This document shows, in pieces, positions 40,456 to 50,255 of a DNA stretch of 64,000 nucleotides. The DNA comes from an uncultured Thermoleophilia bacterium. Lineage in GTDB: Bacteria; Actinomycetota; Thermoleophilia; UBA2241. The position numbers and the translations under genes are program-made. Where the stretch lies: assembly GCA_963696935.1 (NCBI GenBank), contig CAVOMB010000049.1:9867-73866 (forward strand). Reading direction: 5' to 3'. A model generated the notes under the pieces. That model was given only the letters and a program-made list of their open reading frames with translations, had not been told where the DNA came from and did no database searches. Within the stretch, counting starts at the first letter, position 1. Every line of letters begins with the position of its first letter.

Positions 40456-42177
40456 ATGAGGCGGCGCCGCACACTCCGGCGGGTTCTCGCCGTTACGCTG
40501 GCGGCCGCGGCGGCCGCGGCGGCCCTGCCGGCCGCCGCGGCGGCGCACGCCGTGCTCGAGAGCTCGAGTCCCGCCGCGAACGCATCTGTACCCGCCTCGC
40601 CGACTCGCATCGTGCTGACCTTCTCCGAGGCGCCGGACGTGAAGCTCTCGCTGGTCAAGGTGCTCGACGCGGACGGCGCGGCGGTGCCGGGCGTCTCCGC
40701 GCCGCAGCCGGTGGCCGGCGACAGGCTCTCGCTGCAGGTACTGCCGGCCACAGCGCTCCCCGACGGCGCCTACACGGTCAACTATCGTGCGGTCTCGTCC
40801 GTCGACGGCCACGTGCAGGCCGGGGCGTTCGCCTTCGGCGTCGGACAAGCTGCCGGCAAGGCGGTGGTCGTCCAGCTCGTGCACACGTCCGCCTGGGGCG
40901 AGGGGCTCACCGCCGCGGGACGCTGGGTGCTCTACGTGGCGCTGGCCCTGCTCATCGGCGCCGCGTCCACCGGCATATTCGTGTACGCCGGGGCGCTGCC
41001 GCGCGGCGGCGTGGCTGTGCTGCGCGGTGCGGTCGCGGCCGGCGTGCTCGCGCTGGCCCTGCTCACGTGGGGTGAGAAGCTGCTGGTCGGCGCCCCCAGC
41101 CTGCTGCCGCTGTTCCAGACACGCGAGGGCCAGTTCCTGCTGGCCCTCGCCGTGGCTTTGGTGGGGTGCGTGGTCGCGGTGGTGCTGGCGGACCTCTGGC
41201 CGGCACGCTGGAGCCTCTGGATCGTGGGTGTGATGGCCGCCCTGGCGGCGCTCGTGCACGTCGCCGCCGGCCACGCGGCCTCCGGCTCGTCCGTCTGGGT
41301 GCTCAACGTCCTCGTGCAGTGGGTGCACCTGACGGCGTTGGGCGTGTGGGTAGGCGGGCTGCTCTGGCTGCTGCTGGGGTTCCGCGGCCGCGACCATGGG
41401 GAGCGCGCGGCCGCGGTCGGCGTCTTCACCCGTATCGCCACCGTGACGCTGATGGTGGTGCTGGCGACCGGGCTGGTGCGCGGCGTCGAAGAGGTCGGCT
41501 CCATCGGAGCGCTGTTCGACACCCGGTATGGGATCACGCTGCTCGTGAAGATCGCCCTCGTCGCCGGACTGGTCGGGCTGGGCGCCCTCAACCACTTCTT
41601 CTGGGTGCCGGCAGTCCGTGGGGAGGGCGGGGCGGCCGCCGATCGCCGTTTCGGCCTCAACTCGCGCGGCGAGCTCGCGGTCGTCCTGGTGGTGCTCGCG
41701 GCGACGGCCGTCCTGGTCGGGCTCGCGCCGGCAAAGACGACCGCCGCCGTGAAGTCCGGCGCGGCTGCCGGCAGGTCCGGCGCCTCCGTGACCGTCGCCG
41801 GCCACGATTACGCCACGGCGATCCGCGTGACGTTCACGCTGGCGCCGGGCATGGCCGGCGCCAACTCCTACGCGGTCCGGGTGGACGACTACGACACGGG
41901 CGCGCCGCTCACCGGCGTGACCTCCGTGAGCCTGGAGTGCTCGCCGCTCGCGCGCCTGTCGCTGAACACGGAGACCGTCCAGTTGAAGCCCGCGTCCGGC
42001 GGCCGCTGGACGGGCAGCGGCCTGGACTTCGCCGTCGCCGGCCGCTGGCAGGTCGTCGTCTCGGTGCAGGAGCAGACCGGCGGTACGACCGTCCAGCTCG
42101 AGGTGCCGGTGCGGCCCGCTGCTGCTGCGTCCCCGGCCGCCGCGACGTCCCCAGCCGCATCTCCGTCCACGCCCTGA
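40456..42177 (+). CDS. CopC-CopD fusion copper uptake protein (YcnJ/CutJ-like) with C-terminal beta domain
   Basis: AHAVLESSSP, DGHV, AGHA, VHLTALGVWVGG. Confidence 0.88.
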   Translation: MRRRRTLRRVLAVTLAAAAAAAALPAAAAAHAVLESSSPAANASVPASPTRIVLTFSEAPDVKLSLVKVLDADGAAVPGVSAPQPVAGDRLSLQVLPATALPDGAYTVNYRAVSSVDGHVQAGAFAFGVGQAAGKAVVVQLVHTSAWGEGLTAAGRWVLYVALALLIGAASTGIFVYAGALPRGGVAVLRGAVAAGVLALALLTWGEKLLVGAPSLLPLFQTREGQFLLALAVALVGCVVAVVLADLWPARWSLWIVGVMAALAALVHVAAGHAASGSSVWVLNVLVQWVHLTALGVWVGGLLWLLLGFRGRDHGERAAAVGVFTRIATVTLMVVLATGLVRGVEEVGSIGALFDTRYGITLLVKIALVAGLVGLGALNHFFWVPAVRGEGGAAADRRFGLNSRGELAVVLVVLAATAVLVGLAPAKTTAAVKSGAAAGRSGASVTVAGHDYATAIRVTFTLAPGMAGANSYAVRVDDYDTGAPLTGVTSVSLECSPLARLSLNTETVQLKPASGGRWTGSGLDFAVAGRWQVVVSVQEQTGGTTVQLEVPVRPAAAASPAAATSPAASPSTP

Positions 42178-42248
42178 CCGTTTCGGCTCCCGGTCCCCGG
42201 GGCAGGCTGGCGTCGATACTGGGGATGGGTCTCAAAGAAGGAGGCAGC

Positions 42249-42896
42249 ATGAGCAACCTGAGAGCATCTGCAGCCGCCGCCGTCCTGCTCTGTCTGTCGT
42301 TCGTCCTGCTCGCCGCGCCCGCTTCCGCTCACGAAGTGGCGACCGCCGGCGAACTCGCGCTCGAGGTAGGGTGGGGCACCGAGCCCGCCTACGTGGGCCA
42401 GCTCAACACCGTGCAGCTCGTCGTCACGCACAAGGCTGACGGCGACCCCATCAACGACCCAGGCGCACGGCTCACCGCCGCGGTGAGCTACGGCGACCAG
42501 AAGCAGGACTTCGAGCTGACGCCGACCTACGACGCCGAGGCCGGCACCGGCACGCCGGGCGAGTACGCGGCGCTCCTCATCCCGACCGCCCCCGGCGACT
42601 ACACATTCGACATCACCGGTTCGGTCGAGGGAGTGAAGGTGGACCTGAAGGTCGCCAGCGGGCCGAAGACGTTCTCCAGCGTGGAGGACGCGGCGGCCGT
42701 GCAGTTCCCGGTCAAGGTGCCCGGCACCGACCAGGTGGCGCTGCGGATGGACAAGGAACTGCCGCGGCTGGCGACAGCCGAGACCGTGGACAGCCAGGTG
42801 TCGAGCGCCAAGACGCTGGGATACGTGGGCATCGTCCTCGGTGCGGTGGGCGTCGTGCTTGCGGCCGTGGCGCTGTTCGTGCGCCGGGGGGCGTAG
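42249..42896 (+). CDS. Exported, membrane-anchored hypothetical protein (mature N-terminal His)
   Basis: Signal peptide ..PASA|HE, VGWGTEP, PTAPGDYTF, C-terminal TM plus RR. Confidence 0.75.
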   Translation: MSNLRASAAAAVLLCLSFVLLAAPASAHEVATAGELALEVGWGTEPAYVGQLNTVQLVVTHKADGDPINDPGARLTAAVSYGDQKQDFELTPTYDAEAGTGTPGEYAALLIPTAPGDYTFDITGSVEGVKVDLKVASGPKTFSSVEDAAAVQFPVKVPGTDQVALRMDKELPRLATAETVDSQVSSAKTLGYVGIVLGAVGVVLAAVALFVRRGA

Positions 42897-42906
42897 CCGG
42901 TCCGGC

Positions 42907-43623
42907 TCAGACCGTCTCTGCCGTGCCTCCGCTCAGCTCGATCACCGTCTTGCCGCCGCTCCCGTAGCCGATGATCCTGTAGGCGCCGCCGTCGGAGCTG
43001 AGGTCGTAACGGAAGTTGCCCTCTCCTCCGCCGTCGGCCATGGGCAGGTGGGTGAACGGGTTCTCCGGCCAGGTGGTGATGTACCGGCCCAGTCCGACCG
43101 GGCTGACCTCGCCCGGGTCCGGGAACCGCCCGTTGTGCTCGAGGGCGTACATCTCGACGCCCGTCTGCAAGGACCGCACGCCCTTGCTCACGTCCGAGTC
43201 CTGAGACATGCCCTGCACGGTGTGCTCGATCATAGACGGGACGAAGGCGACCAGGACCAGGGCGGCCATGACGAACGCGACGGCGGCCACCGCCCCGACC
43301 GCGATGACCCAGCCCGGGATGCGGCGGCTGCGGGCGGGTGGGGCGGCGGGCCGGGCGGCGCCGGGCGGCGCGCCGGAGGATGTCGCGACCGGCGTGACGC
43401 CGGCGCCCATCGCCGTGCTCTTGCCGCCGTGCTCCCAAGTGTCGACGGAGGTGACCCAGGTGCGGTAGCCCGGGTCGGCCCATACGAGCTGACCGCGGCG
43501 GTCGTAGTCGAGCACGCCCGCCGCGGGGATAGCGCCGTGGCCCACGAGGATGAAGTGGTCCACGTCCCAGATGATCTCCCGGCCCTGCCACGCGGTACTG
43601 GGGCCGAACGTCGCGACGAGCAT
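42907..43623 (-). CDS. Membrane protein with pilin/GspG-like C-terminal domain
   Basis: TM helix followed by LQTGVEMYALEHNGRFP..WPENPF..YRIIGYG. Confidence 0.55.
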   Translation of the reverse strand: MLVATFGPSTAWQGREIIWDVDHFILVGHGAIPAAGVLDYDRRGQLVWADPGYRTWVTSVDTWEHGGKSTAMGAGVTPVATSSGAPPGAARPAAPPARSRRIPGWVIAVGAVAAVAFVMAALVLVAFVPSMIEHTVQGMSQDSDVSKGVRSLQTGVEMYALEHNGRFPDPGEVSPVGLGRYITTWPENPFTHLPMADGGGEGNFRYDLSSDGGAYRIIGYGSGGKTVIELSGGTAETV

Positions 43624-43753
43624 GCTCTCCTCCCCGAAGTCCGTGCCGGAGATTAGCACGGAGGCGTCACGGACCGATTGGGGCCTCCGCCTCGATCAGC
43701 GCCTCCAACGCCGGCGTGACGCGCAGCGCGGTGACCCCATCGCGTCGAACTCG

Positions 43754-44229
43754 TCACGGGTCGGCAGTCGCCCCCCCGAGCAGGGCATCCACGACCGCTG
43801 CCGCGGCCCGGGCGGCGTCGAGCGTGGCGCCGGCAAGATCGAGCTCCGCCTGGGGCGCGTAGTACCCGCGGTCCCTAGCGGACCACGCCCGGGCGATCCG
43901 GGAGGGACCGCGCCTGCGGCGATGCTTCGGGGGCTGTGGAGCCGGCGTCCATGACCTCTCCTGTGGAGGAGAGTGCACCCGAAAGCGCCGGAGCGCAACG
44001 GAGACCCCGCGAAGTCGGCCCGGATCCGGCGAGGCCGAAGAAGACCTCCTCCTCGCCGCCGTGCGTGTGCGCCGGCGTGGAGCGCATGCCCGCCGGCAGC
44101 TGCACCCGGCGCAGCCAGACCTGTCTGGTGCCGGCCGCCGTACCGAGGTCTCGCCAGGTTCCCGCGATAGGGCCCCACCTCGACGTCCCGCCGCGGCACG
44201 TCCTCCCAGTCGACCGGCGCTGCAACCAT
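43754..44229 (-). pseudogene. Decayed cupin-domain gene
   Basis: WEDVPRRDVEVGP and WRDLGTAAG..STPAHTHGGEEEVFFGLAGSG lie in different frames. Confidence 0.55.
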
Positions 44230-44318
44230 CTTCTACTCATCCCCTGCTGACCGGGACCGATGCTAGCGCCGGCCCGGTATGCTGACGCCCGACCATACGC
44301 ACCCGGGGAGGCGCTGCC

Positions 44319-44570
44319 ATGACACTCAAGCCGTCCGACGAGACCGAGCAGCGCCTCATCTCGTCCATCAAGCGGTTCTTCGAGGAGGAGATGGACGAGC
44401 CCATCGGCGACCTCAAGGCCCTGCGCGTGCTCGACTTCTGCCTGCGCGAGATCGCGCCCAGCGTCTACAACCAGGCCATCGCCGACGCGCAGGCGTACCT
44501 GACTGTCAGCGTCGCCGACCTCAGCGGCAGCAAGTACGAGGCGGAGTTCGACTACTGGCAGAGGAAGTGA
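44319..44570 (+). CDS. DUF2164-like protein
   Basis: SIKRFF..EPIGDLKA..LDF..EIAPSVYNQAIADA. Confidence 0.8.
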   Translation: MTLKPSDETEQRLISSIKRFFEEEMDEPIGDLKALRVLDFCLREIAPSVYNQAIADAQAYLTVSVADLSGSKYEAEFDYWQRK

Positions 44571-44583
44571 TGCCCGAACGCTT

Positions 44584-44925
44584 GTGCTCCTGGTGTTCGC
44601 GATGACCGGCACCGGCTTCGCCGCCATCAGGCTCGTCAAGGGCGACAGCCTCATCAAGAAGAACTCGCTCTCCGGTAACCGCCTGAAGAGCAAGACGGTG
44701 GCGACCGCCAAGATCGCCAACCTTCCTGGGGCGCGCGTGTACAACACGGGAACCCAGGACGTCGACAGCAGCACGCTCACGCCGCTCGAGTCCAACGCCG
44801 TCGAGTACAACAACGGTGGGGTCTTCAACCTCGCCCGCCCGACGGCGCTGAAGGCGCCGGTCTCAGGTACGTACCTCGTCACCGCGTCCGTCTTGTGGTC
44901 GAACAACGGCTCCGGCGTCCGATGA
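44584..44925 (+). pseudogene. Fragment of an exported protein (C1q-like beta strands)
   Basis: Partial signal peptide, IKKNSLSGNRLK, TALKAPVSGTYLVTASV; ends abruptly at the SulP fragment. Confidence 0.4.
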
Positions 44926-45120
44926 GCACCGTGCGCGAGAGGAAGTTGGCGAGGAAGCCCAGGCGCAAGATGCGCGCCAGGAGCAGGAGCGCGCCGGCCA
45001 GCACCGCGAGCATGCCGGCCAGCGCCACATACTGCGGTGACCCGGCCGCGGCCAGCGGGGTGAGCGCAGCGAACATTATCGCCGCCGCCGCCGAGTCGGC
45101 GCCGACCACGAGGCTCCTGA
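44917..45120 (-). pseudogene. Internal fragment of a SulP-family anion transporter
   Basis: LVVGADSAAAAI..LRLGFLANFLSRTVLIG. Confidence 0.75.
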
Positions 45121-45175
45121 CATGCTGACCAGCGGACGCACCAGCACCTCCGGATCGCGCGATCGCCGCCACCCG

Positions 45176-45390
45176 TCAACTCTTGTCTGCGTCCTCCAGG
45201 ATGCGCTCCAGCTGAGCAATCAGCGGCGGTAGATCGTTGTGTACCGTGTCCCAGAGGCGCTGGTAGTCGACGGCGAAGTAGTCGTGAACGATGCGGTGCC
45301 GCCGTATGGTCGCCCAGCACTCTGATGGCGGGCTTTGCTGCGTCCAGCATGTCGCGCAGCCGCACGCAGGGTGTCGTCTCTACGCGACAT
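45176..45390 (-). pseudogene. HepT/DUF86 (HEPN) toxin, internally deleted and frameshifted
   Basis: MSRRDD../RLRDMLDAA and RHRIVHDYFAVDYQRLWDTVHNDLPPL in different frames; the middle of the gene is missing. Confidence 0.8.
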
Positions 45391-45679
45391 ACTCTTTCTG
45401 CGCGGCCGCGAGGACCTGATCGCGGAAGTAGCGGCTAAGCTCTTTGGGCGTGCGCAGATCAGCCCGGCGGCCGAACATCTCGGTGAGATCTTGCTCCATG
45501 CGCGACATCGAGAAGTAGCCTACCGTGGCCTCGGGCTCGAACTCGACCAGAACGTCGACGTCGCTCGCGGGACCGAAATCGTCGCGTAGGACGGAACCGA
45601 AGAACGACAGGCGGCGAATGCGGTTGCGACGACAGAACTCGACGATGCGTTCATGGTCGATGGTGATGCTCAGACTCAC
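45380..45679 (-). CDS. MNT minimal nucleotidyltransferase antitoxin
   Basis: FGSVLRDDFGPASDVDVLVEF (GSX10DXD); overlaps the HEPN gene start. Confidence 0.9.
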   Translation of the reverse strand: MSLSITIDHERIVEFCRRNRIRRLSFFGSVLRDDFGPASDVDVLVEFEPEATVGYFSMSRMEQDLTEMFGRRADLRTPKELSRYFRDQVLAAAQKEYVA

Positions 45680-45810
45680 CGCCGGTCTCCCCTAGTAGTA
45701 CAGGCTGGACGGTCGCGAGGCTGCGTCGCAACGTCGCCTACGAAGATCGGCCAGAAACGGGCATGGTCTCCGTGATGCGCATCATACCTCTGCTCTGGCA
45801 GGGTGCCCAT

Positions 45811-46030
45811 GTGACCGTGCAGAACGCTCTCCTCAGGCAGGAGGTCGCCGGGCTGCGAGAGCGCCTCGCCAAGCAGGAGGAGCGCATCGCCGAGCTGGAG
45901 CGGCGCCTGAACTGCAACTCGCGCAACTCCTCGCTGCCCCCCAGCCTCGATCCGCCGGCCGCGCCTGAGCGCCGCCCGCCTGCGCCCTCGGGGCGTGGGC
46001 GCGGTGCCCAGCCGGGCCACACCGAGCACC
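45811..46030 (+). pseudogene. IS66-like transposase N-terminal remnant
   Basis: Coiled coil plus LERRLNCNSRNSSLPPS..GAQPGH, then loss of similarity. Confidence 0.75.
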
Positions 46031-46085
46031 TCTCTGAGAATCCGTCATGGCGTCTGGAAGATCGCAATTGAAGAGCGATGCGATC

Positions 46086-46157
46086 GGATAGGCGATCGGA
46101 CAGCGGAAGTGGTCCTGATGCAGGGAGAACGTTGTGATAGTGACAACGAGTTGGTGC
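46086..46157 (+). repeat. 72-bp direct repeat, copy 1 (att-like junction)
   Basis: 65/72 identical to 52106-52177 by manual alignment; last 30 bp identical. Confidence 0.9.
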
Positions 46158-46323
46158 ACCTAAGTGGACAACTCTCGAACCCCCGAGAGGTTCTTGCGCG
46201 CCTGTCTGCATTGCGTCGCGACCGCTAGCATCAGGACGACTCTCAATCCCATGTCACGACGTGGTGCGGCCGATCTGCGGATACGCGTCGCTAAGGACTA
46301 CCGCGAACGAAAGCTGCGTATCA

Positions 46324-46725
46324 TCAGTTGCGCACAACTAGCGTCCCACCGCCCGCCTGGGACTGGCCGTTGCCGGCGGCATCAGTTGCCGTGGCTTTGT
46401 AGGCATAGGGCCCCGGCAGCGAGGGTGTAACTGTAGCTCGCGGTGAGCTTCTTGCCGGTCTTCTGCTCGCCCGCGTCGAGGCTGTCCACGACCAAGCCGG
46501 CGGAGCTGCGGACACTGATCGTCACCACAGCCGTGCCGGCGCAAGGTGAGGCGTCTGTCACCCTGTAGGCGATCTTGGCTGTCCCTTTCCTGGTAACGGT
46601 GGGCTTGCCGTAGGTGATCGTCTTCGGTTTGCGCGTGTCGATGCGCACAGTGCAGAGCTGCGGGTACTCCGCGTTCCCGGCGACGTCACTCGAGGAGTAC
46701 TCGAGTGTGTGCGCACCGTCCGCAG
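46324..46725 (-). pseudogene. C-terminal fragment of an Ig-like surface protein
   Basis: DGAHTLEYSSSDVAGNAE..IDTRKP..ATDAAGN; 5' end missing; extra base at ~46409. Confidence 0.65.
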
Positions 46726-46914
46726 AGTGACCCGACTTCGGGCAACTCCTGGACCTTCGAAAGGAAATCGATCGGCTCCAGAGACTCCACATTGTCAGTG
46801 GTGAGGGGATTAGATGCGCATTCCACGCAAGCCGAACACCGCTTCCACGGGAAGCCGAACACCTCGGAGCGAAGCGACGCGTTTGCTCTTCTGATGCTGA
46901 CGTAGTGTTCGGCT

Positions 46915-47664
46915 TCAGGTCAACTCGGGGCCGTCCTTCGGCGTCCTTCTGCGCAGCGATTCTCCCCTGAGCTCGATCCGGACGGCCCTGTGCAGGAGGC
47001 GGTCCAGGAGCGCGTCGGCGATGCTCGGATCGGCGACCAGGTGGTGCCATTTGCCCACCGGCAGCTGGCTCGAGACGATCGTCGAACGTACCCCGGCGCG
47101 GTCGTCGACGACGTCCATGAGGTCGTTGGCCGCCTGCCCCTCGACGACCGCGAGCCCCCAGTCGTCGAGCACCAGGAGCTCGACCTTGGCGAGCTTCTCG
47201 AGCGCCCTCAGGTAGCTGCCGTCGGCGCGCGCCAGGGCGAGCTCGAAGACCAGCTTCGGGAGGCGCTTGTAGAGCACGCTGTGACCGCGCCGCGCGGCGC
47301 GGTCGGCGAGCGCGCAGGCGAGGTAGGTCTTGCCGAGCCCGGTGGCGCCGGTGAGGATGACGTTGCCGGCGCCCCGCAGGAAGCCGAGCTCGGCGAGATC
47401 GAGGAAGACGCCGCGGTCGAGGCCGCGCGGCGTGCGCAGGTCGGTCTCCTCGACCGAGGCCTCGATCTTCAGCTGCGCCGCCTTCAGGCGCCGCGCGAGG
47501 CGGCCCTCCTCGCGCGCCGCGTGCTGGCGCTCGACGATGAGGCCGAAGCGCTCGGAGAAGCTGAGCGCCGGGTCACCGCAGCGCTGCGCCTCCGCGGCGA
47601 AGGCCTCAGCCATCGCCCCGAGCCTGAGGTCGTAGAGCCGCTCGATGGTCTGGGCGTCGTTCAT
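46915..47664 (-). CDS. istB: IS21 helper ATPase
   Basis: GATGLGKT, LVLDDWG, DALLDRL, GESLR. Confidence 0.95.
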   Translation of the reverse strand: MNDAQTIERLYDLRLGAMAEAFAAEAQRCGDPALSFSERFGLIVERQHAAREEGRLARRLKAAQLKIEASVEETDLRTPRGLDRGVFLDLAELGFLRGAGNVILTGATGLGKTYLACALADRAARRGHSVLYKRLPKLVFELALARADGSYLRALEKLAKVELLVLDDWGLAVVEGQAANDLMDVVDDRAGVRSTIVSSQLPVGKWHHLVADPSIADALLDRLLHRAVRIELRGESLRRRTPKDGPELT

Positions 47665-47692
47665 CTTCTGGTCTCCCTTCGTTGTCTTCATG

Positions 47693-49225
47693 TCAGTCGT
47701 AGTAACCGGGTCCGCGCACGTTGGCGTGGCTGAGCGCCGGCGGCGCGGCGGCACCTGCCGGGGCGGTGTCGAGGCCGCGCTCAAGGATCGAACGCACCGA
47801 GCGGTAGGAGGCCCCGCCGGCCGCGAGTGCCCGTTGGCTGGCCGCCTCGAGGCGCGCGGCGCCGTACTTGCCTTCGAGGCGCAGCACCCCGAGGCAGCTG
47901 CGGAAGCCCAGCTCCGGGTGCGGGCGGCTCGCCATGATCGCCTCAGCCAGCGCTGCGGTCGCCGGTCCGGTCTTGGCCGCCCAGGCGGCGATGCGCTCCG
48001 GCGTCCAGGCGGCCATCGTGCGGTGGGCGGCCGGCATGTGCGCCTCTTCGGTGGTGGCGCCGCCCTTGCCGTTCGAGCGCACGTGAAGCGCGACGCGCTG
48101 CCCCTCGTGGTAGACCTCGACGGTGCGCGCGTCGAAGCGCAGCTCGACGCGCTCGCGCACCAGGTGGAAGGGCACCGAGTAGTAGTGGCCGCAGAGCTCG
48201 ACGTGGTAGTCGATGTGCACGGTGGCCGCTTTGCGCGTGCGGTAGGCGTAGGGCTCGGCGGGCAGCGGCGTAAGGAGCGGCACCTCGCGCTCCGTGAACA
48301 CGCTCCTGCGGCTGCCGGGGAGCTTCTGGAAGGGGCGCGCGTTCAGGGCCTCGAGCTGCACGGCGATCGCCTCGTTCATCTCGGCCAGGCTGTAGAAGGT
48401 CCGCCTTCGCAGCGGCGCCGCGATCTCTCTGTAGGCGATGAGCACGCCGCCTTCGACCTTGGCCTTGTCGCGGGGCTTGCCGACCCGGGCCGGCATGACC
48501 ACGGTGCCGTAGTGGGCGGCGAGCTCGGCGTAGGGCGCCGCGATCTCGGCCTCGTAGCGGTCGGACTGCCTGACGCCGGTCTTCAGGTTGTCGGGCACGA
48601 CGAGCTCCGGGGCGCCGCCGAAGAATCTGAAGGCGCGGGCGTGGGCGGCGAGCCAGCTCGCCGTCGCCTGGCCTTCGCAGGCCTCCGCGTAGGTGTAGTT
48701 CGAGCAGCCCAGCACGGCGAGGAAGAGGGCGGCCTCGCGGACCTCGCCGGTCGCGGCGTCCACGTACGGGAGCGTGTCCCCGGCCCAGTCGACGAACAGC
48801 TTCTCGCCGGCCCGGTGGTGCTGGCGCATGACCACGTCGATGCGACCCTGCCAGGCGCGGTAGTGGCCGCAGAACCAGGAGTAGCCGTAGCCGTCCGGGT
48901 GCGCCTGCCGGTACTCACTCCAGAGCAGCTGCAGGGTGACGTGCTTGTCGCGCAGCTGCCCGTGCACGTGCGCCCAGTCGGGCGCGCGCGGGTCGGGCGC
49001 CACGTGCCCGTGCTCGCGATAGAGACGCTTCTCGAGCTCAGCGTCGCCGACCTGCGCGGGCAGCGGCCAGCCGAGCCCGGACGCCGTGAGGCGCGCGAGC
49101 ACGTCCGAGACGGTCGAGTTCGAGACGCCCACGGCGCGGGCCACGGCTCGCTGGCTGAGCCGCGTCTCGAAGACGAGCCGCAGGATCTCCTTGGTCTTAC
49201 GCATGGACACTCTCCTGTAGGCCAC
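47693..49225 (-). CDS. istA: IS21 DDE transposase
   Basis: SMRKTKEILRL HTH, FVDWAG, PDNLK, KPRDKAKVE, HANVRGPGYY. Confidence 0.95.
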   Translation of the reverse strand: MAYRRVSMRKTKEILRLVFETRLSQRAVARAVGVSNSTVSDVLARLTASGLGWPLPAQVGDAELEKRLYREHGHVAPDPRAPDWAHVHGQLRDKHVTLQLLWSEYRQAHPDGYGYSWFCGHYRAWQGRIDVVMRQHHRAGEKLFVDWAGDTLPYVDAATGEVREAALFLAVLGCSNYTYAEACEGQATASWLAAHARAFRFFGGAPELVVPDNLKTGVRQSDRYEAEIAAPYAELAAHYGTVVMPARVGKPRDKAKVEGGVLIAYREIAAPLRRRTFYSLAEMNEAIAVQLEALNARPFQKLPGSRRSVFTEREVPLLTPLPAEPYAYRTRKAATVHIDYHVELCGHYYSVPFHLVRERVELRFDARTVEVYHEGQRVALHVRSNGKGGATTEEAHMPAAHRTMAAWTPERIAAWAAKTGPATAALAEAIMASRPHPELGFRSCLGVLRLEGKYGAARLEAASQRALAAGGASYRSVRSILERGLDTAPAGAAAPPALSHANVRGPGYYD

Positions 49226-49565
49226 CCTCGCCCTCCCCGTCGTTGTCGAGGAGAGTCTGGCGGCCCCGCCCATGCGTCGCTTCTTCTACCGGCCGGCTAA
49301 CGATTCCACGCCGCACCCCCGAAACTGTTCGGCTTGGCGTGGAATCGCTGTTCGGCTTCCCGTGGAATCAGTGTTCGGCTTGCCGTGGAATGCCTGTTCG
49401 GCTTGGCGTGGAATACGCAATTAGAATTGGAGATGGATCGAGGATGATAGGTTCCGCCACTCCAAAGGTCCGGTGTGAAGCAAGAAGAGCTGAGGAGGGC
49501 AGCGATCCTGAGAGGCTTCGTAGGCGCGAGGACTCGAATGTCCTTGCGCGATACCCAACCCAGTC

Positions 49566-50148
49566 GTGAACATCGCCAACAATAGCCAAAGGCAGGCACC
49601 GACGGGTTGGAGGATGCGCGACTATGTGGGCATTGCGTTGGCGGCGATTTCGATTGCCGTGCTCATCCAGGCTTACATTGTCAAGCCGTATCGGATTCCC
49701 TCAGCCTCAATGGAAAGCGCGCTCATGACCGGTGACCGTGTACTAGTGGACCGCATTCTCATGGAGATTCTGCGAGCCACGCCGCTATGACATTGTCGTC
49801 TTTCGTCCACCTCTTACAGGTCCGGCATTCGTCAAGCGTATCGTAGGACTACCGGGCGACACGCTGTCGTTGCGCGACGGAGAACTCTACGTCAATGGTC
49901 GAAGAGCGCCACTGTCACATGTCCACCGGGCGCACGGAATGCCTGCGCCAACACAGGCAGTCAGCAACGGTAGGCCATGGTCGCTGCAGCTCCCCTATAC
50001 GGTGCCCGCCGGCAGCTACTTCGTGATGGGCGACAACCGCAGTAGCAGCGAAGACAGTCGTGATTTCGGCCCCGTCTCTCGGAACCAGCTCGTGGGACGA
50101 GTCTGGGTACGCTACTGGCCAATTTCTCGGATTGGCGCGGCAGAGTAG
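49566..50148 (+). CDS. lepB: Signal peptidase I, split by a 1-base insertion at ~49757
   Basis: IPSASMES..GDRVLV, DIVVF..FVKRIVGLPGD, FVMGDNRSSSEDSR. Confidence 0.85.
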
Positions 50149-50255
50149 ATCGAAAGCGGGCCGGCTCCCAACACCGCTGAAGCGGCGCAGATGCCGGCCC
50201 GCTGCTCTGGCAACAAGCCACCAAGCCTTGAAGCGGCTCGGACCTCACGCAAGCG

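Larger units (their letters stand above)
46815..49419 (-). mobile_element. IS21-family insertion sequence, complete, with 6-bp target duplication ATTAGA
   Basis: TG..CA ends tgcgcattccacgcaagccgaaca / tgttcggcttggcgtggaatacgca; 23-bp-period subterminal repeats (2 left, 4 right); attaga at 46809-46814 and 49420-49425. Confidence 0.95.

Noticed and set aside
49326-49419. Four ~20-bp repeats at 23-bp period resembling a mini-CRISPR
   Set aside because: Spacers are only ~3 bp, inverted copies lie at 46815-46863, and no cas genes are present; these are IS21 terminal repeats.
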